Positions 15,453-30,292 of a DNA stretch of 64,000 nucleotides are shown here, one piece after another; position 1 is the first letter of the stretch, and each line of letters starts with the position of its first letter. The translations under genes and the position numbers were made by a program. The DNA lies in assembly GCA_951406725.2 (NCBI GenBank), contig OX597830.1:54746001-54810000 (forward strand), written 5' to 3'. The notes below the pieces were generated by a model. It was not told where the DNA came from and searched no databases. It saw nothing but the letters and a program-made list of their open reading frames with translations. Origin of the DNA: Octopus vulgaris. Taxonomy: Eukaryota.

Positions 15453-18357
15453 AGTGAGGGGCGGCATCTTTGTGTGAGTGATGGTGTGTGTGTGTGTGTG
15501 AGTGAAAGAGTGAGCTTAAACATAACTATGTTTCCGTGTGCCTTTGCATCTTTATATGCATATATGTGTGCATATTTGTGTAAGTCTTTGTGTATGTAGT
15601 TGTTTCTCTGTATATATGTGTTTGTGTATATGCCTTGTTTGTGTGTGTATGTGCATGTGCAGGTATATTTATACTCTATTTGGGATGTATGAGTATGTCT
15701 CTCTCTCTCTGTTTGTATGTATGTATGGATGGATGGATGCATGTATGTTTGTATGTGTGTTTGTGTGTATGTATGTAATGCTCAAGTATTTATTGATCAA
15801 CTCTTAGATGATCCAAAGCTCAGTAAGTGATTGTTGCCAGGAGAGACTTTGTTAGGAATGCTTGACCAAGGTCACAATGATTGATGTGTGCATGTATGTA
15901 TGTATATATATATATACATACTCTTCTAATTTTTTTTTACTTGTTTCAGTCATTTGACTGCAACCATGCTGGAGCACCATCTTTAGCTGAAGGAATCAAC
16001 TCCAGGACTTATCCTTTGTAAGCCTAGTACTTATTCTATCAGTTTTATTTGACGAACTGCTAACTCACAGGGATATAAACACACCAGCATCAGTTGTCAA
16101 GCTATGGTGAGGAGACAAACACAGGCATACAAATGTACACTCACATATACACACACACATACATACACACTCATACACATTACAGGCTTCTATAGGTTTC
16201 CATCTACCAAATCCACTTATAAGCCCTTTGTTGGCTCGAGGCTATAGTAGAAAACATTTACCCAGCGTGCCACGCAGTGGAACTGAACCTGGAACCATGT
16301 GGTTGGGAAGCAGGCTTCTTACCACACAGCTATGCCTATGCCCTGTGTATGCATATATATATATATGTGTTTGTGTGTGTGTGTGTGTGTATATATATAC
16401 ATACATATATCTATAATATTTCATCATCATCATCATTTAACGTCCATTTTCCATGGTGGCATGGATGGGACAGTTTGACTGGGATCTAGAAAGCCAGTGG
16501 CTCACTAGGCTTCAATCTGATTTGGCAATGTTTCTGCAGCTGGATGCCCTTCCTAATACCAACCTCTCTGAGAGTGTAGTAGGTGCTTTATGTGTGTGTG
16601 TGTGTGTGTATGTATGTATTTATATATGTGCGTATATATTTGTGCGTACATGTATGTGTGTATATATATATATATATATGTATAGGTGTGTGTGTATATA
16701 TATATATGTATATGTATAGGTGTGTGTGTATATATATATATGTATATGTATAGGTGTGTGTATATATATATGTATATACATATGTGTGCATATATATATA
16801 TATATGTGTATGTGTGTATATATATATGTATTACACACACATATATACACATGCACATATGTACACTTTTAATTTATACATACATATACATATGTACACA
16901 ATCACATAATTAAAAAGGAAAAATGAAAAATATATATATAAAGTAATAAAAAAAATGTTACGACATTTGGAAAGCTTGTGCAGGAACATAGTGAAAATAC
17001 AGATTCTATCCATGATCTTGTGGGGCCCAAGACTGTTACAGGCATTTTGTCATATGTAGACATGATCAAAAGACTGAAACATGTAAAGTAATAAAAGAAT
17101 ATACATTCAATGTGTCTATCTTTTAGATTAAGCTTTCAACATTATTCATTTATTTTAAACTCCCACCCACCCACCCTCCACACTAGATTTAAATCCTTGT
17201 GAAAATCTAATACTGTGATCCTATTAAACAAAGTGTCGTCTTACACTCAGGTTATAAACCCTAAACAATTAAATTAATCGATTGATCGTCTAGTCTTTGT
17301 GTCCATGTTATAAGATATTAAATAGTTTATATATGTCAATAGTTGTATTGCTTTAAATATGAGGGAATATTATTCCAAACTTACAGGGAAAAATTCAATT
17401 TAGAAATTTCACAAAATACAATATATATATATATATAAATTAGAAAAAAAACACTTTCTATTAAATAATTTATATATGTTAACAGTTGTATTGCTTTAAA
17501 TATATTCAATAGAATAAACATGAAGGGATGTTTACCATGCATCTCTTGTTCTCCCTCCAGGGGGGTTGAGTGCACTTTGCTTGCCTACCTGCCTCTTTTT
17601 CCCACATCCACTCTGGCAACCTACCCAACCACATGTCATCTCCCTTTCTCCTTTCTCCTTTTCTCTCTTCCCTTTCTCTCTTTCCCTCTCTCTCTCTTTC
17701 CCTTTCTGTCTCTTTCTTTCCCCTTCTCTTCCTCTTTCTAATCTCCTCCTCTCTACTGTATCCTCAAAACTATTCTGCCTCTCTTAACCAGCCAGCATCG
17801 TTGGTCACCCCCACCCCATGCTGCTTATCCACCATTCACTACATCCACCCCTCAGCACCTGTTCCTCATTCATTACAGTCACCTTTACCCATTCCCCATC
17901 ACTCACTTTCCCCACACACTCTTACAACCTTTAATCACACACACTCTCAATTCTCCTGTTCCCACTTTTGCTCACCATGTGTCCTGGAAGGTCCACTCAG
18001 GCACCTCATCACTCCTTCTACCTCTCCAGCAGACAACTCATTTCATTAACTCCCACCTTCTCCTCTAAAATATGAATAGTCAAATAGTCATGTAACTCCC
18101 CCTTCAGCAAGAAACCTTTTCAGCTCTGACCCTCTTTTCTCTAATACTTTAACCCCCCTCATCCCTTAGCATAAAGCTGCCTCTCCTGGAATTCATAGAC
18201 GCAGTGCCACATCATTGCAATGCATGTCAACAAGAGTGCATCTACACCTGTATTTCTCAACAATTTTTTATCTATGGACCCTTCTGATTCCTATTTTACA
18301 GAGTGGGCCCTCTCAACCATTCGATTTTTTAAAATATTCTAGAGACCTTATTGTTTA

Positions 18358-18728
18358 AGGTGTAGGAGTGGCTGTGTGGTAAGTAGCTTGCTTACAAACC
18401 ACATGGTTCCTGGTTCAGTCCCACTACATGGCACCTTGAGCCGGTGTCTTCTGCTATAGCCTTGGGTGGACGGAAACTGAAAGAAGCCTGTTGTATATAT
18501 GTATATATATGTGTGTGTGTTTGTGTGTCTCTGTTTGTCCCCCCCCCCCCCACAACATCGCTTGGCAACCGATGCTGGTGTGTTTACATCCCCATAACTT
18601 CGGCAAAAGAGAGTGATAGAATAAGTACTAGGTTTGCAAAGAATAAGTCCTGGGGTTGATTTGCTTGACTAAAGGCGGTGCTCCAGCATGGCTGCAGTCA
18701 CATGACTGAAACATGTAAAAGAGTGAAA
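18358..18728 (+). mobile_element. tRNA-derived SINE family A
   Basis: A-box-like tggctgtgtggtaag and B-box-like ggttcagtccc head, conserved body, ...gactgaaacaagtaaaaga tail; other copies near 670-1020(+), 3900-4240(+), 12365-12690(-), 15930-16345(-), 19568-19915(-), 37554-37955(+), 42973-43355(+), 46555-46950(-), 59100-60340(-, interrupted). Confidence 0.85.
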
Positions 18729-18809
18729 AGTATATAATTTCATAAATATAAGGAATTGAATTTTAAAAAAAATGTTAAAATATTTCTTGAATTATAGAAA
18801 TATCAGTAA

Positions 18810-19181
18810 CTAGCAGTATCACCCGGCGTTGCTCAGGTTTGTTTCAACCCTTTAGAATTGGAATTTTTGAAAAGTAAAAATTTGGCATTATGTAGCTTGT
18901 TATTCTCTTTAAGTGAACATTTTTCTGGTTGAAATACACCGAAAATTGGCGACACAGCAATCAAAAATCGTAAAAAATAGGGATTTTCATAGAAAAAAAG
19001 CACCTTTTTGATATAAATAATTTTTGGTCTTAACATGGTCCGATTTGAATTTTATCTTCTACGGAATGAAGAGAAAGCCTTCTTCTATCATACTCCCAAT
19101 TCTGGTCAACTTGCACCGCAGGGTCTTGGAGGCTACAAAACCTGCCATACACAGACAACTTCAGTTTTATATATAGAGAGA
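18810..19181 (-). mobile_element. Non-autonomous Helitron-like element
   Basis: Minus strand begins TCTCTATATATAAAA and ends with GC-rich ctgagcaacgccggg then CTAG, inserted between A and T with no TSD; similar ends at about 12950-13380(-) and 25328-25730(-). Confidence 0.7.
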
Positions 19182-20274
19182 TTTATTGCAGATCAATTTT
19201 AACAACAAAATCTTATATAGACCTCCAAGGTCATTTAGCTAGCTAGAAATAGTATCCTCATTTCCCTCGTATAACACTTGAAGAAGGAAGAACATTTCTT
19301 TGTTTAACATCCATTTTCCCATGCTAATAAGCATTTTGTACATTTTGTAAAGTACTTGCACTTGTGGTGTCATTCACCTGGGATGGGTTTGAGTCAGTTC
19401 CAACTAATGAGTTAAAGTTCATGTTTGGAGATTCAGTGGGAATAGAAGATCACATGTGGTCTCTGGTCACATACATACTTTGGGATCATGTGATCCATAG
19501 CAGCTCATCACATGTATATGCATGTGTATATGTATAAAGGCATGTTGTACCCTCATGGCTAGTGTATTGCTGGAGCATCGCCTTTAGTCGAGCAAATCGA
19601 CCCCAGGACTTATTCTATTGGTCACTTTTGCCGAACTGCTAAGTTACAGGGACATAAACACACCAGCATCGGTTGTCAAGCAATTTTGGGAGACAAACAT
19701 AGATGCACAAACATATACACACACATACATATATATATATACACACATATATATGATGGCTTCTTTCAGTCTCCGTCTACCAAATCCACTCACAAGGCTT
19801 TGGTCGGCCCGAGGCTATAGTAGAAGACACTTGCCCAAGGTGCCACACAGTGGGACTGAACCCGGAACCATGTGGTTAGGAAGCAAGCTACTTACCACAC
19901 AGCCACCCCTACGCCATTTTGAATTTGAATGAAAGAAGTTGATTGTTATTACCATGAGGTGGGCTGTGATTGGTTGAGGAATGTCACGTGGTGATGTGGT
20001 TTGATGTTGGTATAACTGTATATCGGTGACGACTGTTAGCTTGAAAACACCACATGGTGAACAGAAAATCAACTGCGTAGTGGACAGCAAATCGGTTGGG
20101 TTGTTGGAGGGAAGGTAGGAAGGGGCGGTATGCACAAGTATATAGTTTTATATGTGGGTGTGTGAATGCGCTAACCCTAACCGAGACCCTAAACTCCACA
20201 GAGCTAGTTTTCAGACAGTGTCTTGGTTGGAAGATATTTGATTATAGGTCTGCTCAGTCAAAGCTGAGCTAGGA

Positions 20275-20280
20275 CTACTA

Positions 20281-20315
<35 letters not shown>

Positions 20316-20362
20316 ACTACTTCTACTACTACTTCTACTACTACTACTGCTGCTACTACTAC

Positions 20363-20417
<55 letters not shown>

Positions 20418-20460
20418 GCTACTACTACTGCTGCTGCTGCTACTACTACTACTACTACTC
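20275..20460. repeat. (CTA)n/(CTG)n trinucleotide tract
   Basis: Seen directly. Confidence 0.95.
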
Positions 20461-22799
20461 AGTTGAAGGAAAATACCTAAGGACAACATATGGCATTCTT
20501 AACCAACTGATCTTAGTTCAGTTAGCTTCCTTACCTTTTGTTTTTAGATCTTAGTCACTTAAAATGGGAGGCTTTGTCTACTAAGCGCGTAGGTAATTTC
20601 ACTCATCCTCCTCCTTCTTCTTCTTCTTCTTCAATACAGCACACTCAAAAGTGCCACCTACATAGAAACATTGTCTGGGTGGGAAGATGCCCCTCTCACT
20701 CCTTGGCTACATGACTAACAACCCTGTGTGTGCGTATGTAAATACATGCATATACACACACACACTCTTATATATATATATATCATATTGCATCACCAGT
20801 AAATCATTACACATCCACACAAGTCCTTACTTTCTCTTTGCAATAATAAGCCAATTGGTCATTTGCTGTGGCACCAATCATTCTTCTTTCTCTCTTTCCC
20901 TCCACCCCCTTTCCATATATACCTTCCTACCTACCTAGTGTTGCAATACCAATATAATTGGATAGCCGTGCCCTTTCACTTCTCCACTTCATCTCTCGCA
21001 CGAACACTGGCAACAGAAACTTGTTTTGAGGAAGCAATCAACTATAATTATATACCAATTATATATCAATTACTTGTAATTATGCACACACATAAATATA
21101 TTCATGCATTGCAATGCAATGTGCGTTTGTAATGCATTGTTAAATAGGGTTATTACATTATTACAGCTAGTTTAAGAGTAACAACAGAACATTTACTGAT
21201 GGAGTAACTAAGTCAATACTGAGAGTAGAGTTATACTTATTGTAAGGTCTGTGTTGACTGGGATAAGTTTTGCCTGTTGGCTTATTCAAAGGTGAAGCTT
21301 TAAAGCCCAGGCAATTTGATTTTTACATATATCGGCTTCCGTGCCGGTGGAATGTAGGAGGCACCATTCAAGTGGGATCATTACCAGCATCGCCTTACTG
21401 GCACCTGTGCCGTTGGCATGTGTAATAAAAAAAAAAATTCGAGCGAGGTTGTTGCCAGTACCTATTTTTTTACTACCCACAACGGGCTAAACACAGAAGG
21501 GACAAACAAGGACAGACAAATGAATTAAGTCAATTACATCGACCCCAGTGCATAACTGGTACTTATTTAATCAACCCCGAAAGGATGAAAGGCAAAGTCG
21601 ACCTTGGCGGAATTTGAACTCAGAAAGTAACGGCAGATGAAATACTGCTGAGCATTTCGCCCAGCGTGCTAACGATTCTGACAGCTCGCCGCTGGTTGTT
21701 GCCAGTCCCGCCTGACTGGCCCCCATGCCGCTGGCATGTAAAAGCAACCAATACATTCTCGGAGTGGTTGGCGTTAGGAAGGGCATCTAGCAGTAGAAAC
21801 TCTGCCAGATCAAGACTGGAGTCTGGTGCAGCCATCTGGTTCGCCAGCCCTCAGTCAAACCGTCCAACCCATTCTAGCATGGAAAGCGGACGTTAAACAA
21901 TGATGATGCTATGTCATCATCATCATCATTTAATATTTGTTGTCTATGCTGGCATGGGTTGGATGGTTTGACCAGGGCTGCCACAACTATGATTTCACTT
22001 GGCTTGATGGATCTTCTGCTCAAGCACAGCATCATGCTGAAGGTCTTTGTAATTTGTCTTTGCCTCCCCGAGGCCCAGTACTTGAAAGTGCTTTTTACAT
22101 GCCACTGGCATGGGTTCTACTTATGTGACACCAGCATCGACTGTATTGCCTCTGTGAGGCCCAATGCTCAATAGGTGGTTTTCATGTGCCACTGGCCTGG
22201 GTGCCAGTTACGTGACACAGACATTGGCCATGATTATGATCTCACTTGGCTTGATGCATATATGCATATATATATATGCATATATGTATATATGCATATA
22301 TATATATATGTATATATGTATGTGTATATGTATATATGCATATATGTATGTGTATATGTATATATGCATATATATACATTTGCATATATGTATGTGTATA
22401 TGTATATATATATATGTATATATGTATGTGTATATGTATATATGCATATATATACATATGCATATATGTATGTGTATATGTATATATATATATGTATATA
22501 TGTATGTGTATATGTATATATGCATATATGTATATATGCATATAAGTATGTGTATATGTATATATGTATGTGTGTATGTATGTGTATATGTATATATGCA
22601 TATATGTATGTGTATATATATATATGTGTATATGTATGTGTATATATATATATGTGTGTATATGTATGTGTATATCTATATATATATGTGTGTATATGTA
22701 TGTGTATATATATATGTGTATATGTATGTGTATATGTATATATATGTGTGTATATGTATGTGTATATATATATGTGTATACTTACTTTGATACTTTGAT

Positions 22800-23104
22800 A
22801 GGTTTCGGCCATTATTGGCCCAGGCCATGTCTAACTTAATAGCACCACCTGGTGAAGTCTTTCAAGTCAGAATTTGGGCACTATGGCCCACTCAAGTAGA
22901 GAGTTATTGTTTACAGAGACATATCCGGGTGTAGGGGGTTTATCCGGGATTTCTTGAAGGAATCTGTCCAAAGACTTCTTGAACCCTATAGAGTCAGTTT
23001 CTGTTTTAATGTGTTTTGGTGTAATGTTAAAGAGAGCGGGGCCAATTGAGGTGAAATAATTGTGCCGTATTGTTGTTATGAGATGAGAGTGCGATTTTTG
23101 TTTT
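22800..23104 (-). mobile_element. CR1/L2-clade LINE 3' end
   Basis: NYFTSIGPALFNITPKHIK...FKKSLDRFLQEIPDKPPTPGYVSVNNNSLLEW; same ORF2 tail type as 4540-4975 but a diverged subfamily. Confidence 0.8.
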
Positions 23105-24222
23105 GTATATGTATGTGTATATGTATATATGTATACGTATATGTATATATGCATATATGTATGTGTATGTGTATATGTATATATGCATATATGTATGTGT
23201 ATATGTGTATATATATATGTATGTGTATATGTATATATGTGTATATGTATGTGTATATGTATATATGTGTATATGTATGTGTATATGTATATATGTATAT
23301 ATGTATGTGTATATGTATATATGTATGTGTATATGTATATATGCATATATGTGTATATATGTATATATGTATGTGTATATGTATGTGTGTATATGTATGT
23401 GTATATGTGTATATATGTATGTGTATATATGTATGTGTATATATGTATGTGTATATGTGTATATATGTATATGTGTATATATATATGTATATATATATAC
23501 GTATATGTTTGTATATATGTGTATGCACATATATGTTTGCGCTAAGAAGGGCACCCAGTCATAGAATTCATGCCAAATCAGACTGGAACCTGGTTCAGTT
23601 CTTCAGTTTACCCGTTCTTGTCATGCCATCTAAGCTATGGAAAGCAGGTATTAAATGATAATGATGATGATGTGTATGTATATATGTGTGTTTGTTTGTG
23701 TGTGTGTGTGTATATATGTGTTTGTATTGGAAGGTTTGGAGATGATGTACAGGTATTATATATTAGAAGAAATGAGGTAATCAGAAGATCAGATGGTTCA
23801 TAATTATAGATATTTATTTATATATTACATTTTTTACATATATATATATATCATATCATTCAGATTATTAGCGCTTTCTCCCATTCCAGTGGGGTTTTCA
23901 AATCAAATTAATACGTGTTTGTATATATGCATATGTGTATGCATATATGTATATGTAGATATGGATATATATATATGTGTATGTATGTGTATGGATGTAT
24001 ATGAATATATTCGTATGTATGTGTATGTATATATATGAATGTATGTATGTATGTGTATGTATATATATATATGTATGCATGTATGTGTTGTAAATATATG
24101 AATGTACGTATGTGTATGTAAATATATGAATGTACGTATGTGTATGTAAATATATGAATGTATGTATGTGCATGTATATATATGAATGTATGTATGTATA
24201 TGTATATGTATATGTATGAATG

Positions 24223-24271
<49 letters not shown>

Positions 24272-24302
24272 GTGTATGTATATATATGTATGCATGTGTA
24301 TG

Positions 24303-24335
<33 letters not shown>

Positions 24336-25289
24336 ATATTTATATATATAGTATTATGGGTGGTATCTGGAATACTAATTACCAATTTGCTGTAATTTTA
24401 ACATAGTATATTAGTAATTAATTAACATTTAATGAATGGGGATAACAATGGACTGTTATTTACAATGTAAGCTCATGTAAACCTGGCATCTATTATTGCC
24501 AATTCTTTGTTCTACTTCCCATTATACAGCAAGAAATAATTACACCCAGAAATTCTATAAAATTGTCACCAATTCTATAGCAATTGTCTTCTTTGGAACC
24601 GTTGTTGTTGTTATTGTTTTGGCCCCCAAAATCAGAACTGATCTGGCAAACTTATGATTAGAGATAATTCCAGTTGTGGCATTTTCTTAAGATTATGTAG
24701 GATCACATTATTGGTGTCCCTTCTTTGTTTAACCCTTAGGTACCAATGTGTCTGAACTGACTTCTGATTCTGTGATGCAAAAACCTTCTGTTTTAATGTT
24801 TCAGCATCCTTTTATCTCAGCATCTTCTTTTCAGTTAGGGTTTGAGTAACTTCTTGATATACAAGTGTACATGTCTTTTATTATGTACTAAATATCATAT
24901 ATATATATATATATATATATATCTATATATATATATATGATTGATTGATTTTTTTTTGATTTTTCCAGTTTCAGCTAATGAGCTGTGGCCATGCTGGGGC
25001 ACTGCCATTTGCTGGAACATGGCTGTGTGGTTAGGGAGCTTGCTTCCTAGCTACATGGTTTTGGGTTCAGTCCCACTGCGTGGCACTTTGGGCAGGTGTC
25101 TTCTACTATAGCCCCGAGCCGACCGGAGCTTTGTGATTGAATTCGGTAGGCGGAAGTTACTGCCGTGTGTGTATGTGTGCGTATAGCTGCTCAGTGCCTC
25201 TCAGAAAGAGAGAGAGAGAGGGATATATATATATATATATTTATATATATATGGTGTTGGGTACACACATATGTATATGGTGTTTTGTG

Positions 25290-25328
<39 letters not shown>

Positions 25329-25807
25329 TAGCAGCTAAGCCCGGTTTCACCTGGTCTGTTTGGATGATGTGGCTATGATCGTTTTTGGTTAGGCATAATC
25401 TATAACAGCGTTTGTCAACCTCATCATTTCGGGTCCCTTGTTTCGATTGGAGCCTCCAGCTGTATGAAAATTTCCTGACCCCACCCCATCAGAAAACAGC
25501 TTCTAAGCAACTGGTTGTTTTAATGGCGGAAGAAAGGGAATTCCATTAGAAAAAGTTTTAATCGATTTTCTCGGTTAGTATGGAGGTTAGGAAAAAAATA
25601 CAAACTGCATTCCAATCTATGCACTCGTCTCTACATGTGTGCCATTTTTCACATGAATCCACCCAGCCGTTTGGCTGTGAACCTCAAGACAAGAAAGAAT
25701 ACAACGCTCACCCACGTCCAATTTATATATTGGCCTGGTGCAGCCTTCGGGCTCCCAGACCCCAGTTGAACCGTCCAAAACATGCTAGCATGGAAAGCGG
25801 ACGTTAA

Positions 25808-25841
<34 letters not shown>

Positions 25842-26942
25842 ATATATATATGGGGAGAATTCACAAAAAAACAAAAGACGAAGACAGGTGGTGTAGAAAA
25901 CAAACAGATGTATTAGTATAATGATCGGGAATTGAAAAAGTCTTTAACATTTCGAGCCTATGCTCTTCCACAGAAAGAAACACAGAAAGAAGCAAGGAGA
26001 GAAAAAAAAACATATATATATATCCTTTAGGTTCATTTACAGGAAACGTTTTTTCGTATGCATGCAAAAACTCTTATTTTATTATGCTGCCACCTAATGA
26101 TGGTCACTTGCAGTAGCTGTTTTATGGGTTTGTACCAAGCTGTACTGATATAATATGTATAAATCCATCCACCCATCACTGTCTATCTGTCAGCAGCGAG
26201 CTGGCAGAACCATTAGCACGCCAGGCGAAATGCGTAGCCGCATTTCGTCTGCCGTTACGTTGAGTTCACATTCCGCCAAGGTCGACTGTGCCTTTCATCC
26301 TTTCAGGGTCGACAAATTAAGTACCAGTTACGCACTGGGGTCTATGTAATTGACTTAATCCCTTTGTCTGTCCCCTTTATGTTTACCCCCTTGTGGGCAA
26401 TAAAGAAATATATCTGTCTTTGTCAATTCTTTTTGTTAAAATGTGGTTCAAAGAATGGTCTTAAGCTAACAAAGTAGAAATATATTTTCAAATATTTGCC
26501 TTTCATTATGTCCCAAACACCATCTAAATATACCAATATTTAGTTGGGTCTTTGAAACTTCCCTTTTGTTAAATGTTCCATAGAACCATCTTAACAAAAC
26601 ACAACTATATATTGGTATAATAAAATACCATGTTGATATACCAATATACATACATTTATTTTAAATTACATGTCAAAACCATTTTAATATCTCAATAGAT
26701 AAAAGGTGAAGAGCTGGCAGAATTGTTAGTAGCCCGGGCAAAATGCTGAGTGGTATTTTGTCCCTCTACATTTTGAGTTCAAATTCTGTCAAGGTTAATT
26801 TTGCCTTTCATCCTTTCAGAGTCAGTAAATAAAGTACCAGTGAAATTCTGGGGTTGATGTAATCGACTAGTCCCTTCCCACAAGACTTCAAGCCTTGTCC
26901 CTATAATAAAAAGGTTATTATTATTATTACTATTATTATTAC

Positions 26943-26973
<31 letters not shown>

Positions 26974-27006
26974 TCTTTTATTATTATTATTATTTCTTTT
27001 GTGCAG

Positions 27007-27215
27007 AAAACTGCAGACCTCATGGTATTCACATAGCCTTTGGTAACACAACACAGGACATAGTGATAATGTGGTCATCAGTGGCCAACTGTTCAAGCTC
27101 TGTGAAATACGGTGACACCATACAGAACAAGAAGTACAAAGCGGAACCAACTACAGTGTTTTTTAATCTTACCAACTCACTGGCAAGACATTACTACTAC
27201 CATGCTGTACTAAAA
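27007..27215 (+). CDS. ACP7: ACP7-like exon A: PAP N-terminal FN3-like domain
   Basis: tttcttttgtgcag acceptor; NCRPHGIHIAFGNTTQDIVIMWSSVANCSSSVKYG...RHYYYHAVLK resembles the PAP PxxxHxxxG...W...VxYG...YxHxxxL pattern; donor gtgagt at 27216. Starts in phase 1, so an upstream exon is required. Confidence 0.88.
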
Positions 27216-27239
27216 GTGAGTTCTCCAAATCACCAATCC

Positions 27240-28170
27240 CACCATCGTGGTCGTTATTGTTATCATCATTATTATTATTGCTGTTGTTTGCATCATTGTG
27301 TCATCAGCATCATTATCCTTATCCTTGTTGTCTTCCTCATAATTGTTGTTACTTCGTTTATAGATGTCATCGTTATCATCACCATTGCCATCGACATCAT
27401 TGTCCATCTCACCATCATCATCATCATTAACATATTCAAGTTATCGTCATCACTGTCATTGCTATTATCATTGTCATCAGTCATTGTCCTTGTTACCACC
27501 GTTGTCATTATCGTTATCATTATTAGCATCATTGATATCATTATTGTTATCATTATTGTTATCATCATTATTATCAATATTGTTATCGTCATTGTTATCA
27601 TTTTTATCATTGTTGTTATCGTTATCATCATTGATATCATTATTGTTATCATTATTATCATCATTGATATGACTATTGTTAACATTATTGTTATCATCAT
27701 TATTATCATTATTGTTATCATCATTGTCATCGTTGTTATCATCATTGTTATCATTATTATTATCATCATTGATATCATTATTGTTATCGTCTTTGTTATC
27801 ATCATTGTTATCATTATTGTTATCATCATTGTTATCATTATTGTTATCATTGTTATCATCATTGTTATCATCATTGTTGTTATCATTATTGCCTCCGTCA
27901 GTATTGTTAGTAGTTATTATTGTCATTGCAATCAACACTATCATCATCTCTAACATTGCTATTATCGTCAGTGTCATCATTAGCATAATTATCATCATTG
28001 TTGTGTCATCATTGTCACTGTTGCCATCGTTGTCATCATCATATCATCATTGTTATTGACATTATATTCAGCATGACTATCACTATCCTCTTCTTTATTA
28101 TTATCATCATTATTATCATCATCATCATCATCATCAGCGTCGCCGTCGTCGTCGTCATCGTCATCGTCCA
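27240..28170. repeat. Degenerate (ATC/ATT/GTT)n trinucleotide low-complexity tract in intron
   Basis: About 930 bp of codon-periodic repeat just after exon A's donor. Confidence 0.9.
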
Positions 28171-29286
28171 CTAGGCCCATGCATCACAACCATACGTGTG
28201 ACATGATGATCTCATATCAAAATAAGCACATGACCTTGCAGGTGGGGCCCAGTTAGAATTTTCTTCTGGTTGAGTGATCTATCCTGCTCAAAAGGTCCCT
28301 GAATAAGGGTTGTTTAAGGATGTTAAACGAAATTTTAGAGGTGTAGCTAGTTGACTACCTCAACTCCAGTGCATAACTGGTACTTATTTCATCAATCCCC
28401 AAAGCATGAAAGGCTAAGTTAACCTTAGCAGAATTTGAACTCAGAATGCAAAGCCTGACGAAATACCACTAAGTATTTTGTCCAGCATTGTAATGATTCT
28501 GCGAGGTCACTGCCCAAATAATGATAAATCAATGGCTTAACTTTCAAGTGTCTGGTATAAGATCTTTAAAAAGTGGTGGTCAGATTATGTCATGTAACTG
28601 TCAGAACAGAATTTTATTAAGAAAATCAATATCAGTTAATAAGTTTTTAAATGTCAATGGATATATATACATTCTTCTCATTATAAAAACAATGTTTTTT
28701 TTTAGAAAGGAGAGTAAAAACAAATAATAGAAAGACTTATATAGGTGACAGGCTGAATAGAGATAAAAAAAAGGCATGGAGATGGGGAGATGAATGAATT
28801 CTAAGATCTGATGAATTAGGGGTCTAATGAATTCAAATAGCAGATGAATTAGGGGTCTAATGAGTGGTGTCATTTGTTTCTAGTCTTTTGTGAAAACATG
28901 TCTGGCTCAGTAGAATATTGGAAACAGACGAGGGTTGGCAACAGCAAGGGCATCTGGACTTTGAAAAATCTGCTTTAAAGAATTTTTTCCAATATATGCA
29001 AGCATAATAAAGTGGATGGTAAAACAATAACGATATCATCATCATCCTAATCATCATCATCATTTAGCATCCGTTTTCCATGCTGGCATGGATTGGACTG
29101 TCTGACAGGAGCTGGCCAGGTGGAGAGCTGCATCAGGCTCCAATTGTTAGTTTTGGCCTGTTTTCTACAGCTGGATGCCCTTCCTAACACCAAAATAGGA
29201 TTTTATATATATGTATATTTATATATGTATCCATTATATATGTATTTCCTCTTCTCTAAACTGTCTGTTATATATTCATGTTCCAG

Positions 29287-29376
29287 GACCTCAAACCAAA
29301 TACAACATACTATTACAGTATAGTCAACAGTAAAATGGTGACTCCTGCCTACTTTAAGACACCACCAAAGGGCAAT
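29287..29376 (+). CDS. ACP7: ACP7-like exon B
   Basis: ttccag acceptor; DLKPNTTYYYSIVNSKMVTPAYFKTPPKGN (FN3 LxPxTxYxY...FxT motif); donor gtaagt; 90 nt, phase 0/0. Absent from the ORF track. Confidence 0.9.
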
Positions 29377-29692
29377 GTAAGTAGATATGTTTTGTATTTA
29401 TGTGTGTGTGTGTGTGTGTGAGTGTGTGTGTCAAATTAATGGATTAATGATCTGTTCATTAAAGTTTGATGATAGATTATACTTAGGGTTCATATATAAC
29501 ATTAAGTACAGTGAATTTGTGTGTGTGTGTGTATGTTGGTGTGTGGGTGTGTTGGTGGGTGCATGTGAGTGTGTATGGTGCAAGTGTGTGCATAGCGTAT
29601 GGGGGCATGAAGAGGATTTGTCTAAAATAATTTAATCCTTATTACGTCTTAATATTATGCCTTAATATGTTTGTGTGTGTGTGTGTATGTTT

Positions 29693-29749
<57 letters not shown>

Positions 29750-29956
29750 TGACATGCACACACACACACACACACATATTGTAGACAAATTGTAATATAC
29801 ATATATAGGTGCAGGCATAGCAGTGGGGTTAAGAATTTTGCTTTGCAGCCTTGTGGTTTGGGGTTCAAATACATTATGGGTAAGTTTGATGCTTATTCTA
29901 TTACAGCCTTGTATTAGCCAATGTTTTGTGTGTGGAATTTGGTGGGAATAAGTTAT

Positions 29957-30292
29957 GTGGAGGCATACAGCTCAGTGGTTAGAGCGTTGGGCTTACAATC
30001 ATGAGGTAGTGAGTTCGATTCCTGGACCGGGCTGTGTGTTGTGTTCTTGAGCAAGACACTTTATTTCATGCTGCTTCAGTTCACTCAGCTGTAGAAATGA
30101 GTTGCGACATCACAAGTGCCAAGCTGTATCAGACCCTTTGCCTTTCCCTTGGATAACATTGGTGGCATGGATAGGGGAGACTGGTATGCATGGGCGATTG
30201 CTAGTCTTCCATAAACAATCTTGCCTGGACTTGTACCTTGGAGGGGAGCTTTCTAAGTGCCATCCCATGGTCAGCTGTGACCAAAGGGGATC
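29957..30292 (+). mobile_element. tRNA-derived SINE family C
   Basis: agctcagtggttagagc...gagttcgattcc head then gtgttgtgttcttgagcaagacacttt body; second copy about 50260-50515. Confidence 0.75.

Noticed and set aside
20171-20195. Telomere-like ctaaccctaacc
   Set aside because: Only about two units inside an interspersed repeat.
20211-20489. Poly-Ser ORF
   Set aside because: Translation of the (CTA/CTG)n tract.
24654-24755. MIRDNSS...ITLLVSLLCLTLR as first coding exon
   Set aside because: The only plausible donor is phase 2, incompatible with exon A's phase 1.
27063-27953. 296-aa ORF as a single-exon membrane protein, and antisense poly-N/D ORFs
   Set aside because: Only the part up to 27215 is PAP-like and ends at a good donor; the rest is trinucleotide repeat.
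29957-30040. tRNA gene (also at heads 18358, 41543, 45343)
   Set aside because: A/B-box-like heads run straight into shared repeat bodies and lack a clean cloverleaf; these are SINEs.
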